A stretch of 63,942 nucleotides of DNA, filler included, from Octopus bimaculoides (lineage: Eukaryota): the NCBI RefSeq assembly GCF_001194135.2. It is 6 parts of 6 records of this genome, joined end to end, with 100 filler letters (N's around TTAATTAATTAA, not from the genome) between each part and the next. Parts side by side here need not be neighbours in the genome. Positions count along the whole stretch, not along the records: positions 29,836 to 45,910 come from NC_068999.1; positions 46,011 to 50,080 come from NC_068982.1; positions 50,181 to 58,367 come from NC_068992.1; 3 more parts are not named here. One strand, written 5' to 3'. Of the stretch, positions 40,771 to 51,814 are shown in pieces. A program made the position numbers and the translations under genes. A model generated the notes under the pieces. The model was not told the origin of the DNA. It saw only the letters and a program-made list of their open reading frames with translations, and searched no databases. Every line of letters starts with the position of its first letter. The stretch's first letter is position 1.

Positions 40771-42656
40771 GACCCTGTCAGTATTCCCTGCCTTGAAAAT
40801 CTTATACGTATAACAATAATTAATTACGACTAATACAATAATTTTAGTTTTCCTATTTAACATTGCATTCTTCTCCAAACTGTGTTTATTCTACTTTCCC
40901 ATTGTATCATTGTTGTACAATATTTATGCTTGGTATTTTTACCCCCTAAATATTACACATTTCTTTTATTAGGATTTGTAAACTTTTTAGTTTTATTTTA
41001 TGGAACTTGCTGGTTTTGAAATATTAATCAAAATATAAATCTTGTTTTAGGCATGTAATGACTGTATTGTTTGCTCTATTAAATGTCATACAATTATAAA
41101 TATATATCCTATCTTCCTTCACAGTTATTAGAAGTCAAAAATGTATCTGATTTTAATATGGTATTTATGTCCCTTAATTTTATGAGATTATATGATGGGT
41201 CCTTCAATCCTTTTCTGGGTTATAATTAACATTATTGATATGTATATGTGCGTGGGTGGGGGAAGTATTGAAAAAGGAGTGGTCAAAATGTTCTGCTTGT
41301 GAAATTCTGTTACTCTGTACCATCCCTCCCTCTATATTTCCTGTATTTCTGATTAAATACACTTTTTTCTTGCTCTGTGTTTAGTTGTTGTTTAATCCCA
41401 GTTCAGAAGTTTCCAGCCACTATTACCCCATTTGTTTCCCAACATAATAATGTACCTAGGACTACATTTTTTTTAAGACCTACTACTCCTATGAAGGTTA
41501 TGCAGCTTTGTAGAGGCTCACTTGATGGCTATGTTTAGTATGCATTCAATGACAGGAAAGTTATAACTGATTTATTTAATTTAAAAAGAATATCAATTTC
41601 AAAGGTAGTATGAAGAATAGAAGCTTAAATGTGATTTGTTAAAATAAATTTTAGACTGAGATTCTAAAGTAGAAAGGGTAAAGGGTAGGGCCAAATGTTT
41701 AGCACGTGATCTTGTGAAGTTGAGACTCGTTATTGCAATGGGAAGAGAAATAGGTTCATGTGGTTTATTAAATATGTATACAAAATTTAACGTGATGAAA
41801 TTGAGATTTTAGTTCAATTAAGGAATTTTAGCTCAAAGGGTTATTTTTTAATAAGAAATTCACGTTTACACCTCAAATTTGAATACATAAAAATTGTAAA
41901 AAAAATAAACACTATTGTTTCACTATGCTTGTAAGAGAACTATAAAAAAAAATTAGCATTTAGGTAAAGTTAATTCATTATCATTGGCCACAGATTGAAA
42001 CCTTACAAATTTGGCTGAAGGATCCCCTGTAATTTGATTTTAAATTTGGAATAATTCAATTGGAATGTTTTCAATCATAGGCCTGCTCAATCAAGACTCA
42101 CTTGGAACCAAACAATAACCTAACTGTTTAAATCCATTCTAAGTGGGTATTACTATATAGAAGGGAGACAAGCACAGTATGACCATGCAAAATTGCACTT
42201 CTTTGCTTGATCATTTTCATACATTTTTTTCCATGGAAAATTAAATATCATTTAAAAGTTCTGGATGTAAACTTTCTTCTCATATAGTTTTGATCGAAAT
42301 CCAATACATATCATGCTAGGGTCCCTCAGTTGCCCTGGTATTGCCACCTATTCACAAAGTAAGTCCTTTTTTTTTTTCTTTCTATTTTTTTGATTGCTGA
42401 ATGGTAGCCCTCATTTTACTTCAATGCACTGGAAATGTGCTGAAAATCATACAGTCATGAAGAGGACTGCTTTTGCTTTATTTTGATATAAAAGTTGATG
42501 GGGGTAAGTCAGATAACTGTTATGAAATATAAAAGTGAAAATTTTATTAATTTTCACTTAGAAAAGAACATATTTTCTTCAAGTTTTTTATATCATAAGA
42601 AAGAAAAAATTCTCATGAATTCAAAATGGTCATTGCTGATTCTAACCACAATATAG

Positions 42657-42728
42657 CAAAAAAAGCACAAAGTCAATAAAGTGGGTGGTATGCTGATGCT
42701 ATTTGTGAAACTGGCATATTCCCACATG
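42657..42728 (+). pseudogene. Duplicated, stop-containing copy of exon 34561-34642
   Basis: Near-identical to 34570-34642 and keeps catg|gtgaga. The original acceptor is absent, a new ctaaccacaatatag| is possible, and TAC>TAA lies at 42677-42679. Confidence 0.7.
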
Positions 42729-43275
42729 GTGAGAGGTCAAACAGAAGATGAATCCAAGGCTTCAAATATCGAGTCTTGAGTGAGAATTTCAAGAAATTAA
42801 CTAACTGATCACTAAATAAACCTATTTCTACAAAACAATGCACTAAATTACACTACATAGATCTTTTACAGCCAAAATTAGTTTGTAATCATCATATTGA
42901 GAATGTTGTTTATTCCCTTTTGCTGTTTTACAACATATGGAAAGAGACATCTGAATTTTACCTGGCAGATTCCTTGTATATGTAAATTTAGTTTTTCTTT
43001 GAGAAATATTGGTCAAATTTCGCCAGTGAAAATATATTGTGTAATGGATATTGTTTCATAGATTATTAAAGTCTGATGTGATGTTTGTTTTGTTTTTCTT
43101 TTTTCTAAGTTTGAATATAGCTGGATAATTTGTGGTAGTATTTACATATTCATTTTAGGTATTTTTCCTTTCTCTCCTAGTAATGATTTTGCTGTAAGCT
43201 ACAGCAATTTAATATATGCTTTTAATGCTTAAAGCAAGGAGTTAGTTTTCACATTTTGTTAGTTTTTTAATCTAG

Positions 43276-43678
43276 GTGTAGGAGTGGCTGTGTGGTAAGT
43301 AGCTTGCTTACAAACCACATGGTTCCGAGTTCAGTCCCACTGCGTGGCACCTTGGGTAAGTGTCTTTCACTATAGCCTCGGGCCGACCAGAGCCTTGTGA
43401 GTGGATTTGGTAGATGGAAACTGAAAGAAGCCCGTCGTATATATATGTATATATATATATGTATGTGTGTGTATATGTTTGTGTGTCTGTGTTTGTTCCC
43501 CCCAACATCGCTTAACAACTGATGCTGGTGTGTTTACGTCCCCGTAACTTAGCGGTTCAGCAAAAGAGACCGATAGAATAAGTACTAGGCTTACAATGAA
43601 TAAGTCCTGGGGTCGATTTGCTCGACTAAAAGTGGTACTTCAGTCAAATGACTGAAACAAGTAAAAGAGTAAAAGAGA
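43276..43678 (+). mobile_element. Full-length tRNA-derived SINE with short TSD (ctagg)
   Basis: Head gtaggagtggctgtgtggtaag and (gtaaaaga)n tail. The empty site is visible in the paralogous copy near 35262. Confidence 0.85.
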
Positions 43679-44191
43679 CTAGGTCTATATGGAATTCTGA
43701 GAAAGGTACAAGCTGGTTGTAGGATGTGCTAGAAACAACAACTAAATCTCCCTTAAATTACACACCTTTTTGTTTGAAAATATTTTCAACTTTTTTTCTT
43801 TTACTCTGAAGGTTTCTCCCATTGGTTTCAAGTGCATAGATATTTTAGTAGTAGCCTATTTTTTCTCTGGTTCTGGTAAATAAAACAATTTTTTGGCAAT
43901 TTTTAAAATATCTATGCACTTGAAACCAAAAAGGGAAAATATGTTAGATATGTAATGTTAGATATTCAAAGAGACAAGATAGATGTCACAGGAAGACTGC
44001 TTTTGATCTAGGTTTGCTTAACCAGAGCTAAGTAAAAACAACTTCAGGATTGATAAGATCAACATAAAGTCACAAATTTCATGAACAGTATATTGTTACT
44101 GAAATTTGAGACTCTGTGTCAATAATAAAAAAAAAAAGAAAACATTTTGATATATCAAGTTCATTTACAAATTCATGGTTTTTCTCTCCAG

Positions 44192-44364
44192 AATACTGGC
44201 ATGAGTATGTCAACAACTCACATTTAGAAGATTGTTCAGTGTCTGGACTACACTCAAAGAAAGAAAATTGTATTTTTTGGCAGCAAGACCTTGGTAGCTG
44301 TATTCACCTACAGAATTATGGTTATAGAGAAGGTAGACCCTGCATTCTTTTGTCACTTGAACTG
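44192..44364 (+). CDS. ATP1B: Na+/K+-ATPase beta-like ectodomain exon (YWHEYVNNSHLEDCSVSGLHSKKENCIFWQQDLGSCIHLQNYGYREGRPCILLSLEL)
   Basis: tttctctccag| acceptor and ctg|gtaatg donor. 173 nt, phase 1 to 0. Carries the C..C.F...LG.C....YGY..G.PC disulfide motif diagnostic of X,K-ATPase beta subunits. Confidence 0.87.
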
Positions 44365-44370
44365 GTAATG

Positions 44371-44407
<37 letters not shown>

Positions 44408-45460
44408 AAATATTTGTTAATGATTTGTTATTCTTTATCAAAACATAAACTATGCAAAGTAAGAACACATTCACTGTGCTGTTAATTTCCCAGTGAACAT
44501 TTCATCTTAGAATGATTTTGTAATGTCTTTCTTCTATCTGTGTAGAATTTAAGATCAGCACTGCAAGTGAAGGTAAAAAAATTTTAATCTTAGTTGTATT
44601 CAGAAATATTCGGAATAGAATTATATCCTTTTGGCTTACTCTAGTTTTTGAATTGAATATAGACTGGCTCCCGTGCAGGTAGCACGTAACAACACCTTTT
44701 GAGCATGGATGTGGTCATTGCCAGAACTGCCTGAATGGCCTTCATGCCGGTGGCACATAAAAAGCACCCACTACACTCTCGGAGTAGTTGGCATTAGGAA
44801 GGGCATCCAGCTGTAGAAACTTTGCCAGACCAGATTGAGCCTGGTGCAGCCTCTGGCTCACCACTCCTCAGTCAAACTGCCAGCATGGAAAGTGGACGTT
44901 AAACGATGATGATGATGATGATATATGAATATCTTAAATAATTCATTTGTTCACTGTTATTTGCTTATGGATATCAAATTGTCAATAACAAAAACTTTTT
45001 GTCTATTTAATTAAATATGTTTTTCTTAACTAGATCACCTTCCCATTGTCATGGAGGCCATCCAAGTGGCCTTTTCGTACTACTCGACCTTGGATACCAC
45101 TCAGCAACTGCACAGGTCCACCTGTTTGTGAATTTTGCAACATGTTTGGACTTAGGCTTTTCATATTCTATGATCACGTTCACTCTGCTCTGTTCTCAGA
45201 TTATCTCATTTTAGATATGCTCTCAAAATGGTATTCCTAGCATGAATCATTCCATGGCCCTTTGCATTGTAACCAATCGATGTTCTATCTAGTTTCCTTC
45301 AATGAATTCCTTCTTGAATTTTCAAAGCCAACACCCATGTTCTAATTTAAGTTCTTTGAAGAATAATTGCTGTCAAGCTACCTGACAGCATCACTGCACC
45401 ATTGTTGGAACCATTCCATCATCACTAAATCATGTTCAGAACTTTTTATTATATTTCGGG

Positions 45461-45910
45461 CGACACATGAAATCTTTCGAGCGAGATTGTTGCCGGTGCC
45501 CCTGGGCCGGCTCTTGTGCGGGTGACACATGAGGTTTTTTTGAGCGGGATCGTTGCCAGTGCCCCTAGACTGGCCCATGTGTGGCGACACATGATATCTT
45601 TCGAGCGAGATCGTTGCCAGTGCCCCCAGACTGGCTCTTGTGCGGGTGACACATGAAATCTTTCGAGCGGGTTCAATGCCAGTGCCCCTGGACTGGCTCA
45701 TGTGCGGGTGACACATGAAATCTTTCTGAGCGAGATCGTTGCCGGTGCCCCTGGGCTGGCTCTTGTGTGGGCGACACATGAGGTTTTTCGAGCGAGATCG
45801 TTGCCAATGCCCCCAGACTGGCTCTTGTGCGGGTGACACATGAAATCTTTCGAGCGGGTTCAATGCCAGTGCCCCTGGACTGGCTCATGTGCGGGTGACA
45901 CATGAAATCT
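45461..45910. repeat. 62-bp GC-rich minisatellite, at least 7 units, running into a gap
   Basis: gacacat recurs at 45462, 45524, 45586, 45648, 45710, 45773, 45835 and 45897. Confidence 0.95.
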
Positions 45911-46015
45911 NNNNNNNNNNNNNNNNNNNNNNNNNNNNNNNNNNNNNNNNNNNNTTAATTAATTAANNNNNNNNNNNNNNNNNNNNNNNNNNNNNNNNNN
46001 NNNNNNNNNNTATTG

Positions 46016-46067
<52 letters not shown>

Positions 46068-46079
46068 CCATGTCACTGC

Positions 46080-46206
46080 CTGGAATCGAACTCGGAATCT
46101 TGGTGTTATTAGCCCGCGCTCTTAACCACTACGCTATATGCCCGGGCATATGGCGTAGTGGTTAAGAGCGCGGGCTACTAATCCCAAGATTCCGATTCGA
46201 TTCCAG
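46080..46206. repeat. Zero-spacer palindrome of two back-to-back tRNA-like SINE heads
   Basis: Centre atatgccc|gggcatat at 46143/46144. Each ~63-bp arm has A box tggcgtagtgg and B box g(a)ttcgattcc. Confidence 0.88.
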
Positions 46207-46569
46207 AAAAGTTAAGGACAAATATCCGTCAATTGTAAGTAATGTAAATAATGTACACTCATTCATATATACGCACACAAGCATATATATATATATGTGT
46301 GTATACACACACACACACACACACACACACATGTTGTTTTGTTACTTTTGTGATGAATACTAAACTGTGTTGCTATTTTTTTGCCAGATTTTTTGTCACA
46401 GATACACACAAGACATGCATGTGGAAATGTATATAGCCATGTCTGCTCATACATATATTTTTAAACGTATACAAAAGAACACTTCATTTGTAATAGCCGC
46501 ATAGTTCAAGTTTTCTTAGTCGGCCTTTTCCCTTTGTTATAGACTGGGGCTTAATTTATAATGTGGGCT

Positions 46570-46780
46570 GTATTTAAAGTAACTTGTATGTGTGTACAAT
46601 CATCCTCAAGTTTCCTTAATTGGTGCAGCCAGTTGTGTGTCATTGTACACTTGGTGCAGGCAGCCATCGCCACCTGTCCAGTCATTGATTTTGTCAGACC
46701 ACAGCTTTCGCCTCTCCAGTCATTGATGTTGATCTGTCTGCCTCACGTTCGTCTTCCTTCAACTGTGTCCTGTAAGATTT
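46570..46780 (-). mobile_element. RTE LINE 3'-end fragment
   Basis: Decayed ILQDTVEGR...RRKLWSDKINDWTG resembles the RTE C-terminal motif. Confidence 0.5.
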
Positions 46781-47872
46781 AATGGTATGCATAGGACAGA
46801 CTGTAAAACGCGGAACACGCTTCTATGTGTGGATGTTCAATCTTTCAATGACAGTAGAATAATATCTTTGGAAATTTGTAAAATGTATAACCAATTGCTG
46901 AGAATTGATCATACGGTAGCATAAATACAACGCACATGTTTATTTAAATATTTACCAGAGCGATATTTCTGTTATGCATAACTTGCCTATTTCTAAAACT
47001 CCCGGAAGGACCATTTTTTAATGTGTGCATTGTTTCGGATGATGATAATTTCTTAATTTTAATTCCAGGCTATATGAGTCTCACAAGTTCCTCGTTGTGC
47101 AATTCTTAAAGAAGAAGGAAGATGAAGAGTTTGAAGAAATGTTCACGAAGTACATATTCTATGAATCGGTTACTAATTTCTATACGAAAGAAAGTATTAT
47201 TTATAATTATTATAATATCAAGCTGATTGAGAATAATACAAAGGATACGTTGGAGGTATACAATATAATGATAAAAAGCAAATAATTCAGTTGTTAAAAG
47301 ATGTTTAAATAGACATATCGAGATATAATAGAAAAACCTGGTGTCATTGTGCCAGTATTGGATTATCAGTTATATATTTATATCAATTAAATCTCACTTC
47401 ACTAGACGTATTTAGTGTAGATACCGGATTGTTACATTATTTGATGAAAAATTTGTGGAATCCTAACTGTTTAACCAGAGAGCTAGCGAATAATTTGAAT
47501 AAAGGATGCTAAATAACGGTCAGCGAATTGGTCAGAAGAAGACAATAGGTCTGCTTAATGAGAACACCCTAGAGTCATATTGCTTGCACACATAGACAGA
47601 ATAATAGCTTTAATGTCGGTGAAAGAACAATAAAAGAACGATGAACCATTCTAGTAAAAATGACATAAAATCTAAAGATAATTCTCTTTATTTTCTTAAG
47701 GGCAACTTTACTGCCATTGAAAATGTGGTGTAATATCGAAAGACAATAATATATAAATGTATTCATACAAACACAAATGCATGCACATATATACATATAT
47801 ATAAATGTAGCAGTGTATGTGGCGCATATGTGTATGTGTGTATTCACGTACGTATATATAAGTGTATGTGTA

Positions 47873-47914
<42 letters not shown>

Positions 47915-49433
47915 CACATATATTTCCAGGTATGTATACGCATATACTTATCCAATAATATATATGTGTGTGTGTGTGTGTGTGAATATACGATGCATTT
48001 ATGTTTGTAAGTATGTATATATAGAGAGAGAGGTGGAGGGACAATAGACAGAGTTGGGAAGAGACAGGATAGCGATTGTAAAGTGTTATAGCCACTGGCC
48101 ATTTTATCAGTATGTGTCGATATATCACACAACATATATACTCTTTACAACATCGGTGATCAGATATTGTAATTTTGACATACATTTTAGTAATAATTTA
48201 GTGCGTCTACATAATTAATTGCACAGGAGTACAAGTGTATTGTGTTCTCTACTGATGAATTGTAAACCAGAAAATCTCAAACGAACTCAATATTTTAATT
48301 AGAAAATTAATTGTAAAGATGCGTTGTTTTATTAATGCGGGCATTTTATTAACTTTGATGCGGACAGTCTCTATATGATTATCCATTTCACTGATATAAA
48401 TTCTCTCCGTATATTGATGACAAATTGTTATTTAACATGAATTATTAAAGTATTGTGAAATTGTGAAAAGAAAATAATAATAATAATACGATCTAGATGA
48501 CCCAATGCGGTTTGTCCAAGTCCACATTAGTACATTCGGATAATCTCGTTGGTACCTGTCACAATAGAAAACGTGTGAGCAGGTTTTTGAGCTGTTTGCA
48601 CCCTGCTCTCCTATCAGATACTCCCACGCAGTCGAAACACAGCGTTCCGCTCTAAGTGAATTTTTACCAATTTCCATTAACTAAGAACCGAAATATATTC
48701 ATTTCGCTAACTCATTTAGCCACTCATTCATTCGAGTACGACTTATACTTTTGAATGTAGTATACAGCTTCTGTTCAGTTATGGTAGGAAACTTGGCTGC
48801 GACTTGACATTACATCAAATAACTAGTAGTAAAACATATTAATATCACTATAATTACCAAAATTTATGTCAACATAATTTAATACCCGAAACAAAACATT
48901 TGTAGTACATACTATTACAAAAATAATAGTACTTCTTTCTTCTTTAGTTCTCAGAGGGGACTGAATATGCTTAGATAGATAGATATGTTTCTTTATTAGC
49001 CACACAGGGCTCAACATAGAGGGGACAAAATACAAATGTAGAGTTTTTCTTTTCGATGGGGACGAAAATAAAGTAAAAAAATAAAATGGGGATGACGGGG
49101 GTATGTACAAAAAAAAATGAAAATATTACAAAAAATTCCCAATAAATGGGGAGGTTATTCGTGGAAAGAAAAACCTATGGAAAAGACCACGGTAACCTCG
49201 ATCCTTAGTGTCACAATTTGTTAAATAAAATTCCTTTTATTTATGCAAGGAACGTAAGTAACTCTCTGTTTACAAAATTTAAAACGTTTTATAGAATCAT
49301 GGTCAAGGTGGCTNNNNNNNNNNNNNNNNNNNNNNNNNNNNNNNNNNNNNNNNNNNNNNNNNNNNNNNNNNNNNNNNNNNNNNNNNNNNNNNNNNNNNNN
49401 NNNNNNNNNNNNNGCCCATTGACGCGAACTACC

Positions 49434-50080
49434 GAACGGATGCCTTTGTACAAAGCAGCCATCTAGCTGCGGAAAATGGGTCCGAAGCCGGCCGCTGTGA
49501 GGACAGCCTCTAAATATTGATGGTCTACCCTATCGAAAGCTTTGGATTGATCCAAATTGATCAGGGCCCCACCCATGCCAGGTTCCTTAACTACCCGCTC
49601 TATGATGTAGCGCATCAGATGGAGGTTGTCATGGATGCTTCGGCCCAGCACGTCGCACGTTTGCGCCTTGCCGACCAGTTTTTCGATGACAAGCGTCAAC
49701 CGCTTGGCTAACACCTTGGCCAAAATTTTCAGGTCTGCATTGAGCAGAGTGATGGGCCTAAAGTTATCTATGATATTCCCCTTGTTTGGATCTTTCTTTA
49801 GCAGCGTTACGGCTCCTCGGCTCACAAAACCAGGAATGCTCCCGTTCTGTTGCCAGTTGCAGTACACCGCCGCCAAGACGTCTCCAAACAAGTCTGGCAT
49901 ACAGTTGTAAAGCTCCTAGGGCAGACCATCCAACCTCGGAGATTTGTCCCTCGAGCATCCCGCCATCGCGTCCCTCACTTCCGTCGCCGTGACGGCACCT
50001 TCGTAGCAATCCGCCTCTCTTGCTGAGTGTCGTGGCAGGCTGTGCAGGTAGGCACTGAAGTCCACCCTGCGTTCTCGCTC
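49434..50080 (-). mobile_element. L1/Tx1-clade LINE reverse transcriptase fragment between gaps
   Basis: NFRPITLLNADLKILAKVLAKRL...GRSIHDNLHLMR...LINLDQSKAFDRVDH. GC- and CpG-rich, open frame. Confidence 0.9.
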
Positions 50081-50266
50081 NNNNNNNNNNNNNNNNNNNN
50101 NNNNNNNNNNNNNNNNNNNNNNNNTTAATTAATTAANNNNNNNNNNNNNNNNNNNNNNNNNNNNNNNNNNNNNNNNNNNNAATTAAAACAGATTTCAAAA
50201 GATTTCCGGGTAAAAACGGCAACAACTTACAGAGCTTCGGGAGACACGTCCATCCGCTTGAAAGGC

Positions 50267-50320
<54 letters not shown>

Positions 50321-50324
<4 letters not shown>

Positions 50325-51364
50325 GCTCTGATGTAGTACCAGGCAGTGACTGTCATGGCTTCTCATCTGTTGTCTTGGTATAAAAGATGGGCTACAGCAA
50401 ATATTCTGCTCAATACCACAGATTTGCTTGTTGGTTGTTTGACATTAAACAATTGAACCTTAGTGGCTGACGGTATGTGCATCTCTGATCATGAGCAGAA
50501 GTAGTGGGGGAGCATCATAGCCATGTGTTGAGAGGAATTCATTGGGGTTTGAATAATTCACCATTGGAAACATGGGTGTTTTGTTCAACATCCTTAAACA
50601 AACCTTATTCAGGGACCTTTTGAGCGTGATGGGCTACTCGACCTAAAGAAAATTCTAACTGGGCCCCACCTGCTAGGTCATGCGCTGTTTATCTTGATAT
50701 GAGATCACTATGTCATGCACATATACTTGTGTTGCATGTGCCTGGTGTACCCTTATCAGACAGGTAGTCATGATGGGTATAATGGGCTTCGTATATTTTA
50801 CCTTAGTGTCACTTTGATGGCATGCACTGCTCTCACACTCGATAATAAATAATAATATTCTGCTCAATACCACAGATTTGCTTTCAGTTGTTTGACCTTA
50901 ACCAGTTGAACATGTCCCTTGGTGGCTGACAATATGTGCATCTCTGATCNNNNNNNNNNCTTTCAGTTGTTTGACCTTAACCAGTTGAACATGTCCCTTG
51001 GTGGCTGACAATATGTGCATCTCTGATCACGAGCAGAAGTAGTGGGTGAGCATCATAACCGTGTGTTCAGAGAAATTCTTTGGGGTTTGAATAATTCACC
51101 TTTAGAAACATGGGTGTTTTGCTCAACATCCTTAAACAAACCTTATTCAGGGACCTTTTGGCGGAATAGGCTACTCGATCGGAAGAAAATTCTAACTGGG
51201 CTCCACTGCGCTGTTTATCTTGATATGAGATCACCATGTCGTGCACATATGGTTGTGATGCATCTGCCCAGTATACCCTTATCAGATGGCTAGTCATGAT
51301 GGGTATAATGGGCTTCGTATATTTTACCCCAGTGTCACTTTGATGGCATTCACTGCTCTCTCAC
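50321..51364 (+). mobile_element. Two tandem copies of an (AAT)n-tailed non-coding retroposon
   Basis: attctgctcaataccacagatttgc ... gtgtcactttgatggca..cactgctctc occurs twice (about 50400-50860 and 50860-51364), bounded by (AAT)n. Confidence 0.75.
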
Positions 51365-51369
51365 TCAAT

Positions 51370-51440
<71 letters not shown>

Positions 51441-51483
51441 CAACAACAACAACAACAACAATAACAACAACAACAACAACAAC

Positions 51484-51536
<53 letters not shown>

Positions 51537-51550
51537 TAATAATAATAATA

Positions 51551-51612
<62 letters not shown>
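51365..51612. repeat. Compound (AAT)n/(AAC)n microsatellite
   Basis: Directly visible. Confidence 0.97.
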
Positions 51613-51613
<1 letters not shown>

Positions 51614-51814
51614 TATAATATAGGCCTAGAATTTGAGGGGAGGCGGATGGTCGATCACATTGAGCCAGTAATTGATTGGTACTTAATTTATCGAACCCGA
51701 AAGGATAAAAGGTAAAGTCGACCTCGGCGGAATTTAAACTCAGAACGTAAAGAAGGACGAAATACCGCTTAGCATTTCGCCCGGCTGCAAGTGATTTTGC
51801 CAGCTCATCGCTTG

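Larger units (their letters stand above)
42650..43850 (+). repeat. Second copy of an intragenic direct duplication (first copy about 34563-35420)
   Basis: Colinear identity over about 850 bp (gagtgagaatttcaagaaattaac..., aaatttcgccagtgaaaatatattg..., attctgagaaaggtacaag...). Each copy is interrupted by a different SINE. Confidence 0.9.

Noticed and set aside
44545-44573. Possible 27-nt micro-exon NLRSALQVK after the last beta-like exon
   Set aside because: Splice sites are plausible but there is no similarity to the expected downstream beta-subunit sequence.
45378-45903. 161-aa and overlapping ORFs with repeated motifs, and a superficially CRISPR-like periodicity
   Set aside because: These are a by-product of a 62-bp tandem repeat. 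There are no unique spacers and no cas genes, and the context is eukaryotic.
46144-46206. tRNA gene call (also the SINE heads at 1820, 3100 and 43276)
   Set aside because: A and B boxes are present but there is no complete cloverleaf acceptor stem. They continue into SINE bodies or tails, so they are treated as tRNA-derived repeats.
50881-51030. Exact ~70-bp direct repeat either side of a 10-N gap
   Set aside because: Most simply an unmerged contig overlap.
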